Shown here one piece after another: positions 28,690-37,750 of a stretch of DNA of 64,000 nucleotides. The stretch is from the NCBI GenBank assembly GCA_963677495.2, contig CAXXOU010000002.1, positions 256,001 to 320,000 on the forward strand. The letters run 5' to 3'. Source of the DNA: Candidatus Cloacimonadales bacterium (GTDB lineage: Bacteria; Cloacimonadota; Cloacimonadia; Cloacimonadales; JAFGVF01). Under the pieces are notes generated by a model. It was not told the origin of the DNA. It saw only the letters and a list, made by a program, of their open reading frames with translations, and did not search any database. The stretch's first letter is position 1. The number at the start of each line of letters is the position of its first letter. Position numbers and translations under genes: made by a program.

Positions 28690-29922
28690 CTAACTCAAAG
28701 CTGCTGTGCGAATCTTCTCAAGCTCTTCCACTTCTTTCGGGATATTGATTGAGAGGTTCTTATAACCGTCTTCAGTTACAAGTATATCATCTTCGATTCT
28801 AACACCAATAGCTTCTTCCGGTATATAGAGTCCCGGTTCAACTGTAATTACATTACCAACTTCGAGAACTGAATCTCTGGCTCCAACATCATGTGTGTCA
28901 AGTCCAAGGTGGTGACCTATGCTATGCATGTAGTACTTTCTGAAATCCTTTGCATCATCAATGAGTTTAAGCTCAAGCATTGCATTTGCTAAACCTTCAG
29001 TAGCAGTTGCATTAAGTTCTGTCATTGAAACACCGGGTTTAATCATCGCAATAACTTCTTTCTGAACTTTGAGCACGGCATTATAAATATCCTTCTGGCG
29101 AGGAGTAAACTTACCACTTATTGGGAAAGTTCTGGTAATATCAGCACTGTATCCATTGCATGCAGCACCAACATCAAGTAGAACTAGTACGTCTTCTTCT
29201 ACAGGACAGTTATTTTCTTCATAATGTAGTGTTGTAGCATTCTTTCCACCAGCAATTATAGGACTGAATCCCCAATGACGAAAACCGTTTGAAAGCATCT
29301 CGTTATAAAGCATAGATTCGAGTGCATACTCATGCATTCCAACTCTGGAATCATCAATAATCTTGCGTATCCCTTGTTCTGTAATATCAATAGCTTTCTG
29401 CATCTGTTCGATTTCCCAATCCTCTTTTACAGAACGGAGTGGGCTGACAATCTTATTTATACCTGCAAACTCTATGTTTGGATAATGCTTTCTGATTTCT
29501 TGAATCCACATAGCAGAACGAGTTAATGGTGTTCCGAGAGGAATCTGGAAGTTCTGCGAGTATACTCTTTTTAAAGCAGGTCCATATCCTGAGATAACTC
29601 TTTCAAATTCATCAAGATAATGTACTGATGTGATACCTGAAAGCTCAGTGGCTTCCTCTTTATACATCTTAGCACCTTCCCAAACAATGCGTTCTGGGAT
29701 ATTACGTTCGATGAAAAGAATAGTTTGGTTAGTCTTTCCAAAGTTTATTTGTAAAAGAATCGCATTAGGAGTTTCCAGTCCTGTAAAATAGAGGAAATTC
29801 TTCTCCTGAATAAAGTTATATATTCCTCCAGGTAGTGGATTAGCAAAAATAAGCATTCCTTCACCCGGTTCTAAGTGCTTAAGAGCCTTTTCTCTACGTG
29901 CAATGTACATCTCTTTGTTCAT
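28690..29922 (-). CDS. pepP: Xaa-Pro aminopeptidase (M24B)
   Basis: NFLYFTG, LRSVKEDWEI, TLHY, DVGA...YSADITRTFP, HHLGLDTHD, TVEPGLY, GVRIEDD. Confidence 0.92.
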   Translation of the reverse strand: MNKEMYIARREKALKHLEPGEGMLIFANPLPGGIYNFIQEKNFLYFTGLETPNAILLQINFGKTNQTILFIERNIPERIVWEGAKMYKEEATELSGITSVHYLDEFERVISGYGPALKRVYSQNFQIPLGTPLTRSAMWIQEIRKHYPNIEFAGINKIVSPLRSVKEDWEIEQMQKAIDITEQGIRKIIDDSRVGMHEYALESMLYNEMLSNGFRHWGFSPIIAGGKNATTLHYEENNCPVEEDVLVLLDVGAACNGYSADITRTFPISGKFTPRQKDIYNAVLKVQKEVIAMIKPGVSMTELNATATEGLANAMLELKLIDDAKDFRKYYMHSIGHHLGLDTHDVGARDSVLEVGNVITVEPGLYIPEEAIGVRIEDDILVTEDGYKNLSINIPKEVEELEKIRTAALS

Positions 29923-29949
29923 GTTGACTCCCTTTATCGAGATTGAAAA

Positions 29950-30255
29950 TTAGTCAGCTATTTTGTCTTTGATCTCCTCGATCTCTTTCTTAGCAGCTTT
30001 AATCTGCTTGTTAGATTCCTTTTTCTTCTTTTTCATGTCCTTTTCAATCTCTTTTTTAGTTTTCTTTATATCTTTCTTAACTTGATCTATCTCTTTCTCT
30101 GCATCAGCCTTAAACTCTTTAGCTTCTTTATTCATCAGCTCAAGATGTGATTTCACCTTTTCCTGCTTTTCTTTTAAGTCATCCACTTGTTTTGAACAGG
30201 CTGTGAAACCTCCAATAATCAATACTGAACTTATAATTGCAATTATTTTACGCAT
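29950..30255 (-). CDS. Small coiled-coil lipoprotein
   Basis: Lipobox FTAC after a hydrophobic signal, then a K/E-rich helix. RBS GGAGG. Confidence 0.75.
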   Translation of the reverse strand: MRKIIAIISSVLIIGGFTACSKQVDDLKEKQEKVKSHLELMNKEAKEFKADAEKEIDQVKKDIKKTKKEIEKDMKKKKKESNKQIKAAKKEIEEIKDKIAD

Positions 30256-30477
30256 TTTCTTAACCTCCGAAAATCTGTTTGTTTACCAATTAACATAATA
30301 ATTCTACTGTCAAGGGAATTCCGATTTATTGAATGAACCAGTTATATTGGTTTGCATTTTTACTATCCTCTCATTTGTAATGGAGTAATTGCGTTATATG
30401 AGATAGAATCTGGAATCAATTCATCTCTTTTGCGATAACGCAAACTTTAAGTAAACTCTTTAGCAAAACGCAGTTAT

Positions 30478-30571
30478 CCCACTGTTTTCCCACTGTGCAC
30501 GCACTGTGCACCCAGTGAAACAGTGGGTTGGCAGTGCCTTCACAGTGCGTGCACAGTGCAGACACAGTGCG
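30478..30571. repeat. Palindromic element built of 11-bp units
   Basis: CCCACTGTTTT CCCACTGTGCA CGCACTGTGCA followed by reverse-oriented CAGTGCCTTCA CAGTGCGTGCA CAGTGCAGACA CAGTGCG. Confidence 0.75.
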
Positions 30572-30620
30572 TTGCCGGATAGAGCTGTAAAAGAGAGTAA
30601 AAAGGGCAATAAATATAGCT

Positions 30621-31120
30621 AAGTTATTGCAAAATGCACTGTGTATGTCCTTTTCGGACTTGCGTTGCAGCGATAGCGTGACGCGAGAACGAAATCAGGG
30701 ATATGCGACTTCGGAGTGCATTTTAGGAAGTCCGTAGCCTTATCAGGCCGACAAACTCCCTAAAATGCGGTAAGTTATTGCAAATACCACTGCGTATGTA
30801 TTTTGAAGCAGTCACCATTACGACCATCAGGAGTTCGGGAAAATGCGTAACGGATAACATATCTTTTCCGCATTTCCCCAAGCTCGTAAACTCGCACTGG
30901 TGACTGCTCCTGATATGTCACCCTGAGCGAAGTGAACGCAATGAAATGAAGTGAACGAAGTCGAACGGGTCGCTCAGGTGGCTTTAGTGTATAATTGTTA
31001 GTAGTATTGACCTATCTCTTTATGTTTTCCTATCGAAAATTAGCTCTATTTTTGCTGGGAAACTAAAGCTATCAGAGAGGTCTTTCGACTTCATTCGTAT
31101 TCTCACTCGATCAACATGAC
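30621..31120 (+). repeat. Mosaic of palindromic intergenic repeat modules
   Basis: Direct repeat AAGTTATTGCAAA (30621, 30771), IR GCAGTCACCA/TGGTGACTGC, and GTCACCCTGAGCGAAGT...GAAGTCGAA with a downstream TTCGACTTC. Homologous to 27884-28070 and 13341-13387. Confidence 0.7.
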
Positions 31121-31334
31121 AATTGTATTGCTATGCCTTTAAAGAAGTAAGTCAACTCCCCTAATCGCATCCATCTTAGCGAAAAAGAGAAATAATGAGT
31201 TGACAACAGGTTCTCAAAACTCATGATAAACTGTAATAAAATCAATAAAATGATGTAAATTCATTAATAAGGGCAATTTGGAACACTAATTGCCTAATAA
31301 TAATACGGACATTATTTTGATTAAGGAGATATTC

Positions 31335-34300
31335 ATGAACAAGCGTCTAGTTTTTTTACTTTTGTTACTAACAATTTTTGTTTCTCTGTCCGCAAACCCA
31401 TTCAACCTGGTAAGGAGTAGCTCTGAAGGAGTTGAACTCTCTTTTGAACTACCCTCTTATCAGATTGAACAGATGAAGGACGGATACCAGTTAATTAATG
31501 CAAAGGGCTGTGAATGGACAGTAGAGGAGGGGCAACCTCAGTTACCAGTTTTCACTACCGTTATTGCTATGCCGGATATGGGTAGTGTTACAACTAACTA
31601 TCTTATTCAACAAGAGGAAATGGAATCAGGTTTACAGATTAAACCATTCAGAGCTGACCCTTCAACTGCACTTGGTGAAGGTTCTGTCTATAGCTTAAAT
31701 AATTATTATCCTAAAGAACTTGTACTTACAGGTCAGCCTGCTATTATGCGTGGACAACGCCTTGTAAGTGTTACTTTCTCTCCATTCCAGTACAACCCTG
31801 TTACAGGTGAAGTAAGAGTTATTAAAGAAGCTGACTTGCAGGTTGCCTTCAATCAACAAATTACAGGTGTAAATGAAGTTACATCTTCACGGAACAGAAT
31901 GAACAGCATGTATAAGAGCATGATTGAATCATTGGTAATAAATCCTAGTAATCTTAATCTAAGAGTTGAAGAAGACCAACCGGTACTTGCATACATCGTT
32001 GAAGACGGTGCAATTGATGAACTTCAACCACTTATTGATTGGAAAATCCAGGTTGGCTATGAAGTAGTAGTTGCTCCAACTAGTGTAACAGGTACAGGAA
32101 CTAATTCAGTTAAATCTTGGATTCAATCAGCTTACGATAACTGGGTTAACCCGGTAGATTTTGTATGTTTAGTAGGAGATACTGATGTTATCTCAGCTTC
32201 TACCGGAAACGGTGACCATGAATATGCTCTCCTTGATGGTGGTGATCAGATAGAAGATATTGCTATCGGTCGTTTATCATATGGTAATATTGCAGAATTA
32301 CAAGTTCTTGTTAATAAGCAACTTCTCTATGAAAGAGACACATTCTTAGGAGGAGATTGGCTTGATAATATGCTTCTTGTGGGTGACACTTCTCCATCAG
32401 GAGTGTCCACAATCTCAACAAATAAGTATATCAAGGAAGTTTCTACAGCTTATAACCCTAACTATCAATACACTGAACTCTATGGTGGATCTCCTAGTCC
32501 TGCTAACTTTGACCAAGCTCTAAACAGTGGAGTTGGTTTCTTTAACTACCGTGGTTATTTGGGAACTAGTGGCTGGACAGGTTCAAATGCTAGTGGCTTG
32601 TTAAACGGCCCTAAGCTTCCTGTTGTAGTAATTATTACTTGCGGAACAGGTTCATTTGCCGGAGGGACAAGTCTTACAGAAGATATAATTAGAGCAGGTA
32701 CAGTACAAACTCCTAGAGGTGGGGTTGCAGCTATAGGAGCCGCAACTATCAGTACACATACTGCTTTTAACAACTGTGTTGCAGGTGGTATCTTTGAGGG
32801 TTTGTTTGTCGAAGATTTTAGAACATTAGGACAGGGGCTTGTACGTGGTAAAGCTAACCTTGTCTTTAACTATGGGAGCTCAAACCCTGGAAACGCCCAG
32901 TTCTTCTCAGATATTATTAACCTAATGGGTGACCCATCTCTACAAGTTTGGAAAGGTCAACCACAACAGATTCAGGTTATTACACCTACTTCAATACCTC
33001 CACATACAGAACAGTTTGCTGTAAATGTGCTTGGTGCAGATAATGCACCTTTGGAAGATGCATGGGTTACTGCAACCATGGGTGATTTCCAATATACAAC
33101 TTATACAAATATTAACGGTGATGCATTTATTGAACTTGAAGATAATACAAGCGGAACAATCTTAGTAACAGTAACTAGACCGGATGCTGTTCCGGAACAA
33201 AACAGTGTATCATATGGTGGAACTGCTGATGGTATTACAGTAAATGATGTTAGTATTGATGCCGGGGCTACAGCTCTAAATGCAGGGAGCACTCAGCAAG
33301 TTATGTTTGAGTTAACCAATATCGGTTCTTCTGATTTGAACAATGTTGTTTTTGATGTAAGTGGAGAGAATATTACTAACACTTCTGGTCAATACTTAAA
33401 TATTGCACCATTCCAAAGTGGCTTTATGAGCACACCTACGTTCGATATTGAAGTAGCAAATATTAGCTTCCCTACCGAAGAGATAGAACTATTTCTAGAG
33501 GTAAACTCTGATGAAGGCAGTTGGACATATAGCATAGTCTTAGCTGTAGATTCACCAATTAATGCTGTTACAAACTTCACAGTTGATTCTAACAGCCTTA
33601 ACTATATGTTCTTAGGTGCAACAGAAGATGTGACAGTGACTTTATCCAATACTGGTGAAGTAGACCTTGAAAACTTCGATATCAACGCAGTCTGTGAAGA
33701 CGGCAGAATTATTGTTAACACTGCTTCTCAGAATATCCCGATGCTTGCAGCAAATGGCACAGTGGGTGTTCCATTAAACCTTACAGTTGAGATGAATATA
33801 GTTTCTGGTTCATTATTACCTATGTACTTTGATATTACAACAGCTGATGGTTATGTTGAACAGGTTCCATTCACAGTTCAAGTTGGACAGGCTACAGCAG
33901 AAGATCCATTAGGTCCTGATGCTCATGGTTATTACATTTATGATGAAGAAGACTATCTCTACAATCTTGCACCATACTATGACTGGCAAGAAATCAATAC
34001 ATTAGGCACAGCACTTCCTTTGAATGATGATGGTCCTAATGCCGATTGTGTTACAACAGTTGACTTACCATTTAACTTCACATTCTATGGTGAAGATTAT
34101 AGCAGAATCTCTGTATGTTCAAATGGTTGGATTGCCATGGGTGAATCAGAACAGGTTACATTCCGTAATTGGAGAATCCCCGGTCCGAATGGTCCTCATG
34201 CAATGATTGCAGGATTCTGGGATGATCTACGTGGTGGCGACATCTATACATACTTTGATTCAAACGACCAAACATTTATTATAGAATGGGATGGTTGCAC

Positions 34301-36356
34301 TAATGAATATGGTGGAGCTGAAGAAACCTTCCAGATCATTCTTTATAACCCAACAACCTACCCATCCGAGACAGGTGATGGTTCAATTAAGATTCAATAT
34401 AAAGAGTTCAATAATGTGAATAGTCAAGCAGGTTCTTCACATGGTAACTACTGTTCAATTGGAATCATGGATCATACTGGATTGGTTGGTTTAGAATACA
34501 CATATAATGATGAGTGGCCAACTCAGGCAATGCCATTATATGACCAAACAGCTTTATATATTACTACTCAGAATCCACTGTTACAAGATCCACCAATTGT
34601 GGGTGTTAGTATTACAAATTTAGATTATCAAGCAAGTGTAAGTCAGATTATAACTGACCAATTCAACATAACTAATACAGGTGAAGCTGATCTTAGATAT
34701 AGAATCTCTAAAACTTATTTATCTAGAAACCCAGAGGATTACTACAGTTGGGGAACAAGTGAAGATATAGGTGGACCTACTTATAACTGGGTAGATATCT
34801 CTTTCACAGGATTTAATATTAATTTGACTACTGATGACCAGTATTCAGCGATATTACCTTTAGGCTTTAGCTTCCCTTATTGGGATAACAGCTATAACAC
34901 TGTGAAAGTCTGTGGAAATGGCTTCTTGAGCTTCACTTCAAGCAATGCGGCTTATGAAAATACAGAGCTCCCAGATACTGCACCACCAAACAATATAATA
35001 GCTCCATTTTGGGATGATCTTAGCCCCCAAAACGGTGGAACAATCTATTACTATCCAGACAGCTCAAATAATAGATTTATTGTTACATATTCAGAGATCC
35101 CTGTTTATGGAAGTGGTGCTCCATTAACCTTCCAGGTTATTCTTTATGAAAATGGTAGAATTGATTTCCAATATCAGAACATGGCAATTGGATCTGAAAC
35201 TGCTACTGTAGGTATAGAGAACTTTGATGGTTCTGAAGGTATTCAGATTGCTTATAACGAACCATTCATTCAAAATGATATGATAGTATCTTTTAACCCT
35301 AACTTCAACTGGATTAGCTGTGATCCTGTAATAGGAACAGTTGCACAGAACATGAGTGAAACAGTTAATATTACTGTTGATACTGCTGATATGCTGTTTG
35401 GTGACTATGCTTGTAATATTGAAATTGTAAGTAATGATCCAACTCAACCGCTTATCGTAATTCCTGTAACATTGGAAGTTCAAAGCGATCTTCCTCCGTT
35501 ACCACCTGAGTTGCAGGTCCCAATTAGTGATATTAGCTTTGATGAAGATACTTTCTATGGTGGTTTGGACTTGAATGATCACTTCTATGACCCTAACCTT
35601 GACCCACTTGAATTTACATATTCAGGTAACGAGCACATTAATGTAATCATTGCTGATGGTGAAGTCGGATTTATGCCGGAAGGAAACTGGTATGGTTCTG
35701 AAGAGATCATCTTCTTTGCTGATGATGGTCAGACAAGAACAGTCGTTACTGATACTATAATGGTTACTGTTAATTCAGTGAATGACGCACCAATACCAAT
35801 GACTGTTTTACCTGAAGTTGATGATATGATTGTCGGGTACAATGATGATATTCACTTCGTGTTTGAGTGTCACGATCCTGATAGTGATGTTGAATATACA
35901 TGGGAAGTTAATAATGTTGTTATAGCCCAAGGCATTGATGAATCAACATTTGATTTCAATACCGGAATGGGTCAGGTATACAGAATCGAAGTTACAGCAG
36001 CTGATGAAATAAGCTATGTAACAAGAGATTGGATTGTAGAAACCGATGCAACAGGTACACATGAGATGGTTGCTGTTGCGAAGAGTGAGCTCTTCCAGAA
36101 CATTCCAAATCCATTTAATCCTACAACCAAGATTAAATTTGCTCTTAAAGACAACGGTGTTGTAAGAGTGGTTATCTACGATACAAGAGGTAGAAAGGTA
36201 AAGACTATATGTAATGGTATGCATACACATGGTATTCATACATATGTATGGGATGGAACAGACGATAATAATCGCAAGTTAGCATCCGGTATTTACTTCT
36301 ACAGAGTCGAATCTAAACAATATACAAAAACTAAAAAAGCTGTAATGCTGAAATAG
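31335..36356 (+). CDS. Secreted gingipain-like peptidase C25 family protein 3 (His position is Tyr) with a duplicated module, a cadherin-like domain and an FlgD-Ig-type tail
   Basis: Signal peptide, C25 propeptide, FNYRGYLG, IITCGTG, NLMGDP, two ...FWDDL modules, EDT...VNDAP, FQNIPNPFNP...SGIYFY. Start at ATG 31335 after AAGGAG. Confidence 0.88.
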   Translation: MNKRLVFLLLLLTIFVSLSANPFNLVRSSSEGVELSFELPSYQIEQMKDGYQLINAKGCEWTVEEGQPQLPVFTTVIAMPDMGSVTTNYLIQQEEMESGLQIKPFRADPSTALGEGSVYSLNNYYPKELVLTGQPAIMRGQRLVSVTFSPFQYNPVTGEVRVIKEADLQVAFNQQITGVNEVTSSRNRMNSMYKSMIESLVINPSNLNLRVEEDQPVLAYIVEDGAIDELQPLIDWKIQVGYEVVVAPTSVTGTGTNSVKSWIQSAYDNWVNPVDFVCLVGDTDVISASTGNGDHEYALLDGGDQIEDIAIGRLSYGNIAELQVLVNKQLLYERDTFLGGDWLDNMLLVGDTSPSGVSTISTNKYIKEVSTAYNPNYQYTELYGGSPSPANFDQALNSGVGFFNYRGYLGTSGWTGSNASGLLNGPKLPVVVIITCGTGSFAGGTSLTEDIIRAGTVQTPRGGVAAIGAATISTHTAFNNCVAGGIFEGLFVEDFRTLGQGLVRGKANLVFNYGSSNPGNAQFFSDIINLMGDPSLQVWKGQPQQIQVITPTSIPPHTEQFAVNVLGADNAPLEDAWVTATMGDFQYTTYTNINGDAFIELEDNTSGTILVTVTRPDAVPEQNSVSYGGTADGITVNDVSIDAGATALNAGSTQQVMFELTNIGSSDLNNVVFDVSGENITNTSGQYLNIAPFQSGFMSTPTFDIEVANISFPTEEIELFLEVNSDEGSWTYSIVLAVDSPINAVTNFTVDSNSLNYMFLGATEDVTVTLSNTGEVDLENFDINAVCEDGRIIVNTASQNIPMLAANGTVGVPLNLTVEMNIVSGSLLPMYFDITTADGYVEQVPFTVQVGQATAEDPLGPDAHGYYIYDEEDYLYNLAPYYDWQEINTLGTALPLNDDGPNADCVTTVDLPFNFTFYGEDYSRISVCSNGWIAMGESEQVTFRNWRIPGPNGPHAMIAGFWDDLRGGDIYTYFDSNDQTFIIEWDGCTNEYGGAEETFQIILYNPTTYPSETGDGSIKIQYKEFNNVNSQAGSSHGNYCSIGIMDHTGLVGLEYTYNDEWPTQAMPLYDQTALYITTQNPLLQDPPIVGVSITNLDYQASVSQIITDQFNITNTGEADLRYRISKTYLSRNPEDYYSWGTSEDIGGPTYNWVDISFTGFNINLTTDDQYSAILPLGFSFPYWDNSYNTVKVCGNGFLSFTSSNAAYENTELPDTAPPNNIIAPFWDDLSPQNGGTIYYYPDSSNNRFIVTYSEIPVYGSGAPLTFQVILYENGRIDFQYQNMAIGSETATVGIENFDGSEGIQIAYNEPFIQNDMIVSFNPNFNWISCDPVIGTVAQNMSETVNITVDTADMLFGDYACNIEIVSNDPTQPLIVIPVTLEVQSDLPPLPPELQVPISDISFDEDTFYGGLDLNDHFYDPNLDPLEFTYSGNEHINVIIADGEVGFMPEGNWYGSEEIIFFADDGQTRTVVTDTIMVTVNSVNDAPIPMTVLPEVDDMIVGYNDDIHFVFECHDPDSDVEYTWEVNNVVIAQGIDESTFDFNTGMGQVYRIEVTAADEISYVTRDWIVETDATGTHEMVAVAKSELFQNIPNPFNPTTKIKFALKDNGVVRVVIYDTRGRKVKTICNGMHTHGIHTYVWDGTDDNNRKLASGIYFYRVESKQYTKTKKAVMLK

Positions 36357-36379
36357 TTTTCTTTAAACAATTAACAGAC

Positions 36380-36420
36380 AAACAAACCCGACCCCTGAAG
36401 AAGGTCGGGTTTGTTTAATT
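36380..36420 (+). terminator. Intrinsic terminator
   Basis: AAACAAACCCGACC-N9-GGTCGGGTTTGTTT. Confidence 0.8.
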
Positions 36421-36495
36421 TATACTCGATTCAAACACGTAGGACATTCTGCCACACCTTTGGAATGGTCTTTAGACCTTGCAAATGGTGCCCCC

Positions 36496-36519
36496 GTAGG
36501 ACATGCTGCCAGCTTGTCC
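36496..36519 (+). repeat. GTAG-footed REP-like palindrome
   Basis: GTAGGACATGCTGCCAGCTTGTCC. A degenerate sibling GTAGGACATTCTGCC is at 36439. Confidence 0.5.
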
Positions 36520-36542
36520 GCTTAGCGAAGCTAAGCAAACAA

Positions 36543-36646
36543 ACTTGCATTGTAGCGATAGCATGCATGGGGCGGGAATGGTGAAATCGAAGCCAGTTAT
36601 CCTGATGTCAATTCTTCCTCGCCCCACACTTCGTTGCGGTGCAGGT
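36543..36646 (+). other. Long strand-specific hairpin (candidate structured RNA or ssDNA repeat)
   Basis: 36543-36558 pairs with 36631-36646 over 16/16 positions including 5 G-U. Inner stem TGGGGCG/CGCCCCA. Confidence 0.45.
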
Positions 36647-37229
36647 GCAGGTCAGAATGCGTAGCTGTCACCACAGTGACCGAATGTGAGTGGATGAATG
36701 GCGGAACGTACAAATGACATAAGATAATATTGCCATTTATCACTTGGCGTCGTGTTCGTACCTCACATTGACGCGAGCTAAGTTCATCTCTATGAGTCCC
36801 TTTTATTTCAGATTTAGCAAAGAAGTCCGTTTTCGCTCGTAAACTTCACTCTGACAAACTCCTTTGCTAAACCTGAAACTCGCAGTGACTCCAATGATGA
36901 ATGTAACTACCTTTTCAATGACTAGAGATCTTGAAAATGGTACTCTTGTACTTTGATGGTGATTACTCCGGGTTGCACCATTCTCAAGGTCTGCGACCAT
37001 TAAGAAGGTACAAATTACATGCTCCCTAGTTTCACTTTGAAGAACTCCTTTAAGGGTTACGTGACAGGATGCACCTACATAGTTGGTGCACTCCATAATT
37101 CTGAACATTAATCAATTAATGATATTAGCTTGACAAGATAGCCCTAAAAATAATTTTGGAATAAGGAAAGTAAACGATTGCTGGCTGAGGTTTAAAGTCA
37201 GCATGTTTTTATATATAATAAATGCTATA

Positions 37230-37260
37230 TAAACCACTGTTCGACAGTGGTTTAAACTTT
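37230..37260 (+). promoter_or_regulatory. Leader hairpin upstream of rimP (possible attenuator)
   Basis: TAAACCACTG-TTCGA-CAGTGGTTTA ending 22 nt before the rimP start. TTGACA at 37130. Confidence 0.4.
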
Positions 37261-37276
37261 ATAAAGAGAAAGCTGT

Positions 37277-37750
37277 ATGAGAAGAGAATATTTAAATAAG
37301 ATTGAAGAATTTGCAATGCATGCCTGCAGTGAACATGGCGTGTCACTTTATGATGTCGAGGAAAAAGAGACATCAAAAGGTTTAGTGATTCTCATATATA
37401 TTAATAAAATGGGTGGAGTTTCAGTAGATGATTGTACTGCAGTAAGTAGAGATGTGGACAATATGATTGAAGCTGAAAATCTTTTGGAAGAAGCATATAT
37501 GCTGGAAGTTTCTTCACCCGGGATTGAAAGAGAATTGAAATTTAAGAAGCACTATGCAAGTGCGATAAATGAAAAAATTAAAGTTGAGTTTGACGTTGAT
37601 GATAAACGTGAAATCATTATCGGAATATTAGAAGAGGTATCTCCTGCAGTTATAAAAGTGAAGGGAGATAACGGACAACAAATAATAGCTTTTGAGTCGA
37701 TTCATAAGGCTCGTACTTATTTTGATTTTAAAAAAGGGAGTGGGAAATGA
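37277..37750 (+). CDS. rimP: Ribosome maturation factor RimP
   Basis: GGVSVDDCTAVSR, YMLEVSSPGIEREL. First gene of the nusA-infB cluster. Confidence 0.95.
   Translation: MRREYLNKIEEFAMHACSEHGVSLYDVEEKETSKGLVILIYINKMGGVSVDDCTAVSRDVDNMIEAENLLEEAYMLEVSSPGIERELKFKKHYASAINEKIKVEFDVDDKREIIIGILEEVSPAVIKVKGDNGQQIIAFESIHKARTYFDFKKGSGK

Noticed and set aside
36803..37108. 101-aa minus-strand ORF
   Set aside because: No RBS or motif, and it overlaps a repeat module in a repeat-rich spacer.
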